This document shows, one piece after another, positions 53,092 through 64,000 of a stretch of DNA of 64,000 nucleotides (the stretch's first letter is position 1; every line of letters begins with the position of its first letter). The stretch lies in assembly GCF_009914755.1 (NCBI RefSeq), contig NC_060928.1; one strand, given 5' to 3'. This stretch comes from the human T2T-CHM13v2.0 reference genome, Homo sapiens. Made by a program: the position numbers and the translations under genes. The notes under the pieces are model-generated. The model was given only the letters and a program-made list of their open reading frames with translations, did not search any database and was not told the origin of the DNA.

Positions 53092-53822
53092 CTTAGTCAG
53101 AATAATGGAAATTAGCTATTTTATCAGACAACACTCTACTATTTCAGAAGCTTAACACAACAAAGACCAATGTCTCACTTTCACAGTCTGAAAAAGGCTA
53201 GATGGCCCTCCTTTGCTTTGGAACTATGTATCTGGAACACGTGGTCTCTAGAGGCACCAAGTCAAGGAAAGAAGGTGACGGAGAAGGCACATCAGCTTTT
53301 CCTAGCTCCACCAAAAGCTCTGCACATCACTCCTGCTCGCAATCCTCTGGCCAGAAATAACTACATGGCCCTCATCTGTTTGCAAAGAAGGCTGGTAAAT
53401 GGGAGTGAGTATGTAGAAGTGAATGCCAACTGTCTCTGCTATCTCCTTCACAAATGCACACATTTCCTGTGACTTGAGAAAGCTTTGCCTGACCCTCTTG
53501 GACCTGAACTGCCTTTCAGTGAGAAGCATCCCAGAGAAGTGTGTGCTTCTCCTCTGTGTGTTTCCTCATCAGCCTGTCTTTCTCTTACCCTGCACTGCAG
53601 CCTTTCCCTGCCTTGTTTGATTACAAGCCACTCTGAGGGTCGCCAGTCACTCTCTCTCATGGCCCCCATTTCTTCAGTTCACTGCAGGCCTTGAACATGT
53701 CAGCCTTCCTTTCCTGGTGCAATTCCCTCCTCCATAAGCAGATGTCCTCATCCAACTCTTCCTGGTTTCCCTCACCCCTCTGTATTTACTCCTCTTCCTG
53801 GTCCTTCCTGGTCCCTGTAGGC

Positions 53823-54306
53823 CAGCAGTCCCCAAGTTTTTGGCACCAGGGACTGGTTTCATGGATGACAATTTTTCCACAGACGTTTTGGGGGATGGTT
53901 TCAGGATGATTCAAGTGCATTACATTTATTGTGCATTTTATTTCTATTATTATTACATCATAATGTATAATGAAATAATTATACCATTCACCATAATGTA
54001 GAATCCATGGGAGCCCTGAGCTTGTTTTCCTGCAACTAGATGGTCCCATCTGAGAGTGATGGGAGTCAGTGACAGAGCATCAGACATTAGATTCTCATAA
54101 GGAGCACACAACCTAGATCCCTCACATGCACAGTTAACAATAGGGCTCTTGTTCCTTTGAGAAGCTAATGCCACCATTGTTCTGATAGGAGGTGGAGGTC
54201 TGGTTGTAATGCTCACTTACCCACCACTCACCATGTGCTGTGCGGCCCAGATCTTAACAGGCCACAGACTAGTACCAGTCCGTGGCCCGGGAGTTGGTAA
54301 TCCCTT
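53823..54306 (+). mobile_element. MER1A-like hAT-Charlie element
   Basis: cagcagtccccaagtttttggcaccagggactggtttcatgga...cattagattctcataaggagcacacaacctagatccctc...gtaccagtccgtggcccgggagttgg; perfect 8-bp TSD ctgtaggc. Confidence 0.9.
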
Positions 54307-55240
54307 CTGTAGGCATTTCCCCAAACCCAACCATTAGCCCTCTTCTTCTTTGACTGTACGTTCTTTGCACTGAAGAACTCACTGATTTTCATGCCTTCAA
54401 ATATTACCTCTGCGCTGCCAAGCCCGAGAAAGAATATGGGTTTGAAGTCACGCAGACCAGGCCTCGTCACTTACTTTGGGTAAGTTATGTAACTCTCCTG
54501 AATTTCAATCTCATTTGTAAAAATGGAACTAAAAAAAGCATACCTAATGGGATTATAGGAAGGAGTAAATGAAAGCATTAGTAAAAGAGTTGGGTTCAAG
54601 AAAAGTACTATAGATGTTAGTTTCTCTTCTTCATCACTTCCACTTTTGCATTTCACCTGAATTTCATTCATTTGCATACATCATTCACTTATTCAATATT
54701 CCTTGGACTCACTCAACAACTCCTATTTGCCCAATGCAGTGCCAAGCCTTGGGGATAGAGACGGGAGTAGGGAGACCCTTGAAGAACTCAATGTGAGGTG
54801 AATAGTCCCAGCAGGTGCAAAAGGCAGCGCATCGAAGGGAATGTTCTCATGCATATTTAATTCTTTTTCAGGCAAAAACTGAGATAGAAGTGAGGATTTA
54901 TTAATAGTCCCTATTTGTGTGGACAGTGATTCTTCATTCAGTCTAAAAGTCAGACAGTTGTGGGTTATGTGTGGTGCATGGTGGCCCATTGGGCTGAACG
55001 TATGTTGGTTCATGGTGGCCCTTAGGGCTGAAAGGATGTCCACGCAACATAGGGTTGACCTTAAGCCCCACAGCCATGGAGGCTGTTGCAGCTCACTGCA
55101 GCCCACTGTGTTTAAAGTGCTTCTTAGGCAGATTTGTGGATTGCATCATCCTTTTTAAACCAAACCAACCCACAAAAATGGACAAGCGGCTTAAAAAATT
55201 TCCTGAAATGAAACTATAAATTGGAGATAATACTAATAAT

Positions 55241-55371
55241 TAGGGCGATCTAATTTATCATCCAAACAGGGACACTTCTGAGGTTAAAGGGGGAACTATT
55301 AATCATTATGCCAGGAAACAGGTGTGAACTGAGAAGGTCCTAAGCAAACTGGGACACATGTTCACTCCACT
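55241..55371. mobile_element. MER94-like hAT-Blackjack MITE
   Basis: tagggcgatctaatttatcatccaaacagggacactt...gcaaactgggacacatgttcactcc. Confidence 0.6.
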
Positions 55372-55971
55372 AATAACGCAGCACAAGCAAACAGTAAGAG
55401 AAAGCATTGCGGACACCCTTTCTCCAGACACAAGCTCTTCCTCAGCCACATTCAAGGCAAAGAACATGCAGATTACAATAAGGTCTGTCAAGAAGCTAAT
55501 CAAGATATTTTGATGTTATTAAAAAAGAGATTTTAAATATGAATTTATATCACTACCATTCACAATCCATTTCATCCTTAGAGTTTCTCACTCTGGAATA
55601 TTAGCATTTGCTACTCAAATGAAGCATCACATTAGCAAAATATTTTAAAATATTGTCTTTGTCAACTTAATCTTCCCTTCCTTTTTAATTTAAATTTTAT
55701 GTATAGTTTGTAATGTATCTAATATATTAGAGTGTACATATACATAACAATAATAAGTAACAATAAACCATAGGTTGTATGCTCAAAACTTTTTCCTGAT
55801 GGGTGTTTGATGAAAATGTATGAATACCACCGGGCTAGAGAGTACCACTAGAGCCAACCTAGTTGCAGTCTGGTAGCCCAGTGTTTTGGTCTCAATGTGC
55901 CAGTGTCACTCTGAACCCAGTAAGTTTAAAATGGCATCAGCCCTTCTCCTCCAAGAGAATCCACGTTTTGA

Positions 55972-56467
<496 letters not shown>

Positions 56468-56609
56468 TCTTTTAATTATTATAATAATGTCCTAACTGCT
56501 CTTCCTCCCTTCAAACCTTCCCTGTCCAATCCTTTCTGCACTCTGCTACCACATTCACTTTTCTAGACTGCTAGTCTCAATTTGTTCCCCACCCCCAACC
56601 CTAACTCAA

Positions 56610-57410
56610 AAAGTGCAATTGTAAGTCTCTCATTATCTTCGAATTTGAAGACTCTTGAAAATGACTTGCAAGACCTTCTATAATCTGAGCATATCCTTTC
56701 CTTGATTTATTTAGTGAAAAATTATTGATTGAACGTCTCCTTTTTCCCAGACACTATGTGCGTCACTAGACATATATCCATGAATAATAGAACAACAATT
56801 TATTAAGTGCCTACTATGTGACAGATGCTGTGCTGGGGAAAAAGATAACATAGTTCCATCTCACAAGGACTTTTCAGGCTATGTTGCCAGGGCTGATACT
56901 TTCTACCATATGATATATGACTTCCCCCATTTAAATCCATCAGCCACAATTCTTTATTCCTTACAAATATGCTGGATTCATTCCCTAGTTCTGCCCTGGT
57001 CTGTGACTCCAGCAGCCTCTCCCCTGACCACATCTGTCCACTCTTTAAGGTGCTACTCATTTCCTGTGACCTTGTGGATCTCTGCTTGTATACTAGGCCT
57101 TATTCATAAGCCCCTACAGTCCTAAACCAGTCATACCATCATGCATGACCCCATTTTGTTATTAGGTTGGTGCAAAAGTAATTGCGATTTTTGCCATTAC
57201 TATCAATGGCACTTAATAAATTGTTGTTCTATTATTCATGGATATATGTGTAGTGACCCACATAGTGTCTGGGAAAAAGCAGACGTTCAATCAATAATTT
57301 TTGACTAAATAAATCAAGGAAAGGGTGTGCTCAGATTATAGAAGGTCTTGCAAGTCATTTTCAAGAGTCTTCAAATTTGAAGATAATGAGAGACTTAACA
57401 ATTGCACTTT
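56610..57410. repeat. About 200-bp inverted duplication (arms 56610-56811 and 57208-57410)
   Basis: The reverse complement of 57208-57410 matches 56610-56811 with 7 substitutions and 1 indel by manual alignment (about 96%). Confidence 0.95.
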
Positions 57411-57470
57411 ACTATTACTTTACTATTACTGTCAATGGCAAAAACCACAATTACTTTTGCACCAACCTAA
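57162..57470. mobile_element. Made1 (Hsmar1-derived mariner MITE) with a ~230-bp internal insertion
   Basis: Left TIR ttaggttggtgcaaaagtaattgcgatttttgccatt; right TIR aatggcaaaaaccacaattacttttgcaccaacctaa; TA on the left flank, TG (decayed TA) on the right. Confidence 0.93.
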
Positions 57471-60019
57471 TGTTTGAGTGACATGCACATGTAGGACCTC
57501 CCCAGCCAACCTGCAAACCTCTTACTTTATGCTTTTGTTGCTGTGATTGTTTGTTCCACCACACTGCATCTACCACTGTGGATGCTCCTTAAATACTATT
57601 CAGTTACACCAAGATTAATATACCAATCTCATTAGGGCAGGGGATTATGGCAGTCTTTTTTTCCAATATATTTTTCATATTCTCTATAATGGGGCTATAT
57701 TACTTTTATAATGAAAAAATTTCAAATAAAAATGAGTAAAATACTTCTTCAATTTAATTGAATTGAAATCCAGAAATAATTGTTCTCATTAGGTAGCTAG
57801 ACCTTGGAAGTACTAGGGCTAATTTAGACCAGATTGGAAAAATTCAAAAGTAGTTATTAGCTTCCACCAGTTCCTCCCAATATAAATTGCTCTTTCTCGA
57901 TGACAGATCAAATTTTCTGGGGCACATCTAATGTTGTCCTAGTTCTGGATTTCCTAGAACATCCCCCAGGGTCAAGCCAGGAGCAGCTGTCAGAAATGCC
58001 TAATATCAGGACTTGTGTATTGCATGTTAAGCCTATAAAAACACGTATTCATATAAATTTCTAGCAGTTGCCAAATGGACCCTAAAGGACTTTTGCTTTC
58101 AGTGTCGCCTATAATGGTATCTTGGGAAAATGAACGAAACTCAAATCATCGGCAACAGTTGGAGTAGGAGCAAGGCTGTTTGCTCTTACAGCCATCACAA
58201 CAGAGAGGCATAATTTGTATAAGATGATGAATATTCTTTGGTTAACCAGCTAATGTTTTAAAGTAATAGGAAAGAGGGGTGGGCGGGTAGGTGGACTTCC
58301 TATAAAATTAACAACCAGCCTGAATTCTGCGGCATGCTCAAGAAGGTTAGGGTGACACTGTGAAATGAATAGGATCCCTGCAGAGCAAATATACACTTTT
58401 CCTCAACCACCAATTCCCTCTATCTTCTGCCTCTCTGACTGACTAATTGAGCAGTGAGTTTTATTGCTTTGATCATTTATGTCATATCTTTTTATCTCTC
58501 TCTCACTTAACTCTCCCTCGTCCATGAAGGGCAGCTTTGATATCTAGCCCTGTTGAAATTTGCTGAACTGGTACAATAGACCAGGTATCTGGAGTATTAA
58601 ACTGCCAGTGCCATTCCCCACCTTGGTTCTGCTGCAAAGAAAAAAAACATTTTCACCCTACTTTTCTGATAAAGAAAGCCCAGAGCATTCAGCAGACTTT
58701 GGGTGCAGATAATAAACAGGCAAGACCGAGAAGCTTCGAGGACTGGAGTACAGGCTGTGTTTCTGCTCAGATGTCTTTGCTTTAAGATTATATCATAGAA
58801 GTGTGAGGGGTTAGGAATTTAAATTTCCTAGGAAATAGGTGCCAGAAGTGTTTTATTTCTCTGAAAAGGTAAGAAGATCACATTTGGGAGGGAAATTGTC
58901 CCATATGATAAATGTTCTTTCTCTTCCAGCTCCCACCTCCTCACTCCTACAGAAGAGAAAATGTTAGCAATGCTACAATGTGCAACACTGTAAACACCTC
59001 TCCTCAGTCAGTTCCAATTGCAGAATGAACTATGGCTAGAACAAGATAATATGGGGAAATTGGATGTCCAAGGATTGCAGATTTCAGCATTTTCCCCAGT
59101 GCCATCTGAGCAAAGGGGTTTCCAGGAAGCAGAGAGGCCTCCAAGCGTGAATCCAATTCAGGATAAACAAGGCAAGCTGCCAATGGCCTTCCCTTTCCCC
59201 AGCAGGGTTACATAAGCACCTTCCTAGTTTTTGAAAAATTAGAAGCGCTATTGATTTAGCGCTCACCATGCTTCTGGTCATGATTTATGACCCAGAAGAT
59301 GTTTGACAGCATTTAGGCTGCTTTGTGAGGTTCCAGGCCAAAAATGCAATGAAGAAATGTAGAAGGAACTTTTCTCACTTGCAGATAAACCCCTGGAAAT
59401 CTCTTCTCCATCATTAAATCCACCTCTGCTTTGCTTAAGGCCTTCTTTAGGTAGGGAAAAATTAAATTTCAAATTTGACCACTTTCTCTGCAAATGCCTA
59501 TCTTTTTGGAACAAAAATACCATGAGAACTGCCTTGTTCTGTTTTCTGATGGTCACCACAACTTTTTTCATTCTCCTGGTTTCAGATATTTGTTTTAGAT
59601 GTACTACTGCTTAATTAAAGAAAGTTATTAAACATCTGTTTTATGCCAGCACCATGATATATTTATGAAGCTAAAAAAAATGAATGTTTTAAAACTTTCA
59701 TTTTTCCTTCAAAGAGCTGGTAGTATAGCAGGTCTGTGGGAGAAATGGGTTGCTGTCCAACAGACTTCATGCAGCCCCTCTGTAATGTAGAATGTCATTG
59801 GGAGCTACTTCCCAATGACAGGGATCGCATTTCCTAACCTCGTTGCATCTAGATGAAGCCATGTGACTATTTCTAGCTCTAAAAGTGAGCAGAATTGTTT
59901 TATGTCTTCCAGAATGCCCCCTCCCCACCGCCTATATGCACGAGCATATGAAATTCTCTTCCTTTTCTGTCTGGGCAGAATGAAGATGAGTCCCAGGAAA
60001 CCACATATTGAAAATGGCT

Positions 60020-60330
60020 GGCCGAGCATCGTGGCTCATGCCTGTAATCCCAGCACTTTGGGAGGCTGAGGAGAGTGGATTACCTGAGGTCAGGAGATCA
60101 AGACCAGCCTGGCCAACGTGGTGAAACCTTATCTCTACTAAAAATACAAAAATTAGCTGGGCATGGTGGCAGGCATCTGTAGTCCCAGCTACTCAGGAGG
60201 CTGAAGCAGAGAATTGCTTGAACCGTGGACGCAGAGGTTGCAGTGAGCCAAGATTGCGCCACTGTACTCCAGCCCGGGCGACAGAAAAAAAAAAAAAAAG
60301 AAAGGAAGAAGAGAAAGAAAAGAAAAAAGA
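60020..60330 (+). mobile_element. Alu (AluS-like) inserted in an old LTR-like sequence (about 59730-60445)
   Basis: Forward dimer with A/GAAA tail; TSD gaaaatggc. Confidence 0.93.
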
Positions 60331-63300
60331 AAATGGCAAAGCTTCCATCGCCCTGGGTCCCTAAATAACTATGTGGAGAAGGATACCTACTGACTTATTC
60401 ACCTGCCTTTTATCATTATTATATCAAGAAGAAATAAATTTCTCACACTTGCACAATTTATACATGTACTGAGACATGAGGTTGTCCCCAAAAATAATGT
60501 GCAATGATTATGTATCAGTCATACACAATGGCAGTTTACATTTTTAAGGTCTACTAATTATAGCATTTAACCTACCCTAACTAACATAAAAGAAAAAATA
60601 AATGCATTCAATAACACAGCATTGTGAACAAAGAAGAGGAATGGAAGTGGTCAAGGTTAAAAACTGGAACAATTTTGCAGTGAAAGCCCTGTGCCAGTAG
60701 CAGTATCTTAATGTTAAAGAAGCATAATGGGCAAGGACATCAAAATGAGCAAGAAAAAAAAAATCCTTCTCCAAAGTTCAAAATTGTGTTTGCCAGTGTG
60801 CTAATATGTATTAGACATCAAATAAGTTGGCATAGAATTGGGTTCAACAAAGCTTTACAGATTTCTTCCTCTCAGAAGTTCCTAAAGATTTTAATATTCC
60901 ACTACACACTGGGTAAACCCAGCTTAAAGTGTTCCAGTGACTGCCTGTCCTAATCAGGAAGAAATCTAAGTCCTTATCATGGTCTACAAGAACTTACATG
61001 ATCCATTCTCTGTCTTTTCTCTGACCTTACTTCATGCAATGACCCAGAGAGTTTGGGTGTTGAATGACTTGTTGATCACTTATACCCAGAACAAAGTAAC
61101 ATATTTTTTTGAAAGCATTTTTCAAACTTACTTGATCAAGGAATCCTAATTTGAAGAACACCTAGGGGAAACTAGTATTGGGTGGAACAGATTTTGGAAA
61201 ACGCTGGTATAGAGAAAGCCCTGAATCTTTCCCAGTAATCTCATGTGGATTCAGAGATACATACAAATACAGAGGGGGATTGCAGTTCAACTGATCAGGC
61301 ACTGGGAATAAAGAAGTATCCTTTGCTGCTATGTGGAAGATTTTGCAAGCAACCTGGCAAACAGATTCATAAAGGGAGTGGAAAATGGAGGGCCAAACTC
61401 TTCATGACTTCATTGCTTCTCTCCTCAACTACAGAGATATTAATGATAGTTGTGCCAGGTCAAATAATCCCCACTGAGTTTGGTAGCCAAGTGTCAACAG
61501 CACTTAGTTCATTTGATCGTTAAGAATTCACCGAAGATCGGACCTGCCATTTGGTTTTGAACCCACATACTCATTATTAGTGGCTTTGCTAGACAAAATG
61601 GTAGAGTTATGTTCAGCTTTGGTGAATCCCCACTTTCCTTGTCCACTTTACATAGCTTCCTCCAGTCCTTCAAAGTAGACAGGGCTTGTCTTGCACAGGT
61701 GTTATCCTGTGGGAAGTCTGGCATTTGTTGAGAAGTCGAGTGAGCTTCATCATTATCATTATTATCTCGATCATTTGCTGATCACCTTCTCTGAGGCTCC
61801 GCATGCTTACATATCTCTGCATAGCCACCCCTTGGTGAGGCAGGCATCTTAAGGTCAAAGACATGAGGGAACAGAGCAGTTAATCATGTGCAACTCCCAT
61901 CTGTTAATAAACAGTGTAAATGGGACAGAATTCATCATTGGCTTTTGGAGACATGAAGGTTAAGTGCTTTGTCCCACCCTACGAATCAAGACACTGTCAG
62001 AGCCCAGAATGGAATAGAGAGAACTGACAGGGCCTTTGCAATCTACCAACATCTTTCTCCACAGAAGTATTAGTTGGCTGAAATACCTCCATGGAAGTCA
62101 GAAAATGGCAGTTAAAGAAAAATGTAAAGCACCCAGAGCAATTAATTGATGCTTGAAGTAAAACTACAAGAGAAAGTCCAAGTAGAAATATTCAGTTAAC
62201 AGACTCCAATCTTCTCCACATTGAAAGGCAAGTTTAATTTGCTGAATTTCATCCCATCGATGCCTTAAAACAAATAAGTGCCATTTAAAGAAAGGATTTC
62301 AAAATTCTCCAATGATATCGATGCATTTACTCCTCATTTCCAGGCTTGTTAGATAAGGCAGATTGTCACCTCATCGTATCTGAAAGTAGTTTGGGCAAGA
62401 TCTAAAGAAAAATATTTCCTGGACATTATTCTTTATATGACTTTTTCTTAAAGTACCAAGAGGCAGATATAAATATATCTTAAAAATAAACCAGAATGTA
62501 TTAGTTGAATGCCTCTCCCATCCCAAGCTTTTGTCCTGCAAATTTTATAGTGTTTGGTTTAGTGACTTTCCTAAGAGACATAGTCTGAATCAATGGACCT
62601 GATTCAGGAATCTCAGATCTCTGAGGTCAGAAAGTCCTGACTGACCTAGCCTTCCCAGACCTTGGATTTCAAGCTTCTAACTCAGGACCATATCTCATTT
62701 GACTCTTTTACCTATAAGGCCCCTTCTTTCCTAGATCACTGCATTATTTTTCCAAGTTAAAGAAGTTGCTAAAGGCATGGGTTCATGAAGCTGCGGTCAA
62801 GACTTGATCCTCAAATGGATACATTAGCTTCCCTCTGTGCCATGGGCACAAAAGCGCACCATCTTGGAACACCATTGTTTCAAAGAGGATGGAGTCAACA
62901 AGCACGGATGAGTCAGCAGAAAGTTGCTTTCCTTCAAAGACTGCTTGTTATCTTTAGGATCATGTCCAAATCTCCTAGCATAGTAGAAAATACACGCCAT
63001 AATCTGCCTTTGTCAATATTTTCATCCTCTTCTTTCATCACTCTTTCATATGAACCCTGGGCTCCAGCCTTGCTCATATGCCTTCAGTTGCCAGAATGTT
63101 CCAGGTTCTTTCTTTTCCTTCTGACTTTTACACATGCTGTTTGCGGTTGCTGGGAATTTCTCGAAGAAGTAAAATGGCCTGTCCTCTGGGAAGCAAGTGC
63201 CAGGCAAAGTTAAGGATTTCCATTTTTGTACATCCATAGTACCTTGAAGTGTACTTCTTTAGAGTATAAGATATTTCATGAAATTTCTGTGCTTACGTGT

Positions 63301-64000
63301 TTCTCCCTCACTAAATTTGGGGCTCCTAGAGGTGAACTGGGCTTGTCACAATATAGGTGCTTAACAAGTGTTTACTAAGGGGAGGATTTGATTATTAGAA
63401 ATACAACCATAAGTGCATTTTATAATGACAGTGGACTAGCAAGCCTAATCTTTCTTACATAATTTTCCCTGTGGGCTTTAGATGTTCATCCTGTAGGTCC
63501 TTCAATTGTGGGTCTGGGCATCTGCTAATGACCCTTTAGAATCACATAGAAATAGTCTTATAAATTTAATAGTGAAAAAAATATTTAAAATTCTTAATAT
63601 TTTTATTATTTTATATTTGCATATAGTGTATCACATTAGTAAATCTGTACAGTATACAAGTGAGGTTCCATTTTGTTCCTGACCATCCATGAGAGGTCAT
63701 GGGAGAGAAATTCCTCAAGAACAGAATGCTCAGGTAGGTTGATGCTACTGCATTTGGTTTTTTTAAGCTGCAAATATGGAGGAAAGAATATTCCTGAATG
63801 TGTTATTGCATGATTTATGATCCTCTCAATCCTAAGAAGCAAATTAAAGTCTAGCAGATGGTTCTCCAAAGCCCTGTAACTATAGTTACATGTTTTAAAA
63901 GTCAGAAACATCTTAGTGAATTGTTATTGAATTGTAGAGCTTCTCCATGCCACAGAAAGGCTCTCCAACCCCCTGGCTCAGTTCCTGGCAGGAGCTTTCC

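Noticed and set aside
57162-57470. miR-548 family miRNA gene
   Set aside because: The Made1 arms are separated by about 230 nt, which is incompatible with a canonical pre-miRNA hairpin, and there is no expression evidence.

Overview
Primate (human-like) non-coding genomic DNA, intergenic or intronic, densely filled with interspersed repeats. No protein-coding gene, tRNA, CpG island or CRISPR array can be supported. The ORF track reflects Alu, MaLR, L1 and low-complexity sequence or chance. Recognisable content: ten Alus, a full-length THE1 (ERVL-MaLR) provirus and an MLT1 LTR both nested in a Charlie1 hAT transposon, several solo LTRs (THE1B, MST, MLT1, LTR33, ERV1-type), hAT MITEs (MER58, MER5, MER1, MER94), old L1/L2 fragments and microsatellites. 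The most unusual structures are (1) a Made1 mariner MITE (57162-57470) whose loop holds a ~200-bp inverted copy of DNA 400 bp upstream, with templated-repair junctions, and (2) a 5S rRNA pseudogene split by an MST LTR with a perfect 5-bp TSD. Repeat-poor, homeodomain-motif-rich blocks near 26 kb and 44.9 kb are candidate enhancers. Repeat subfamily names come from recalled consensus sequences, not a database search, and boundaries of old repeats are approximate.
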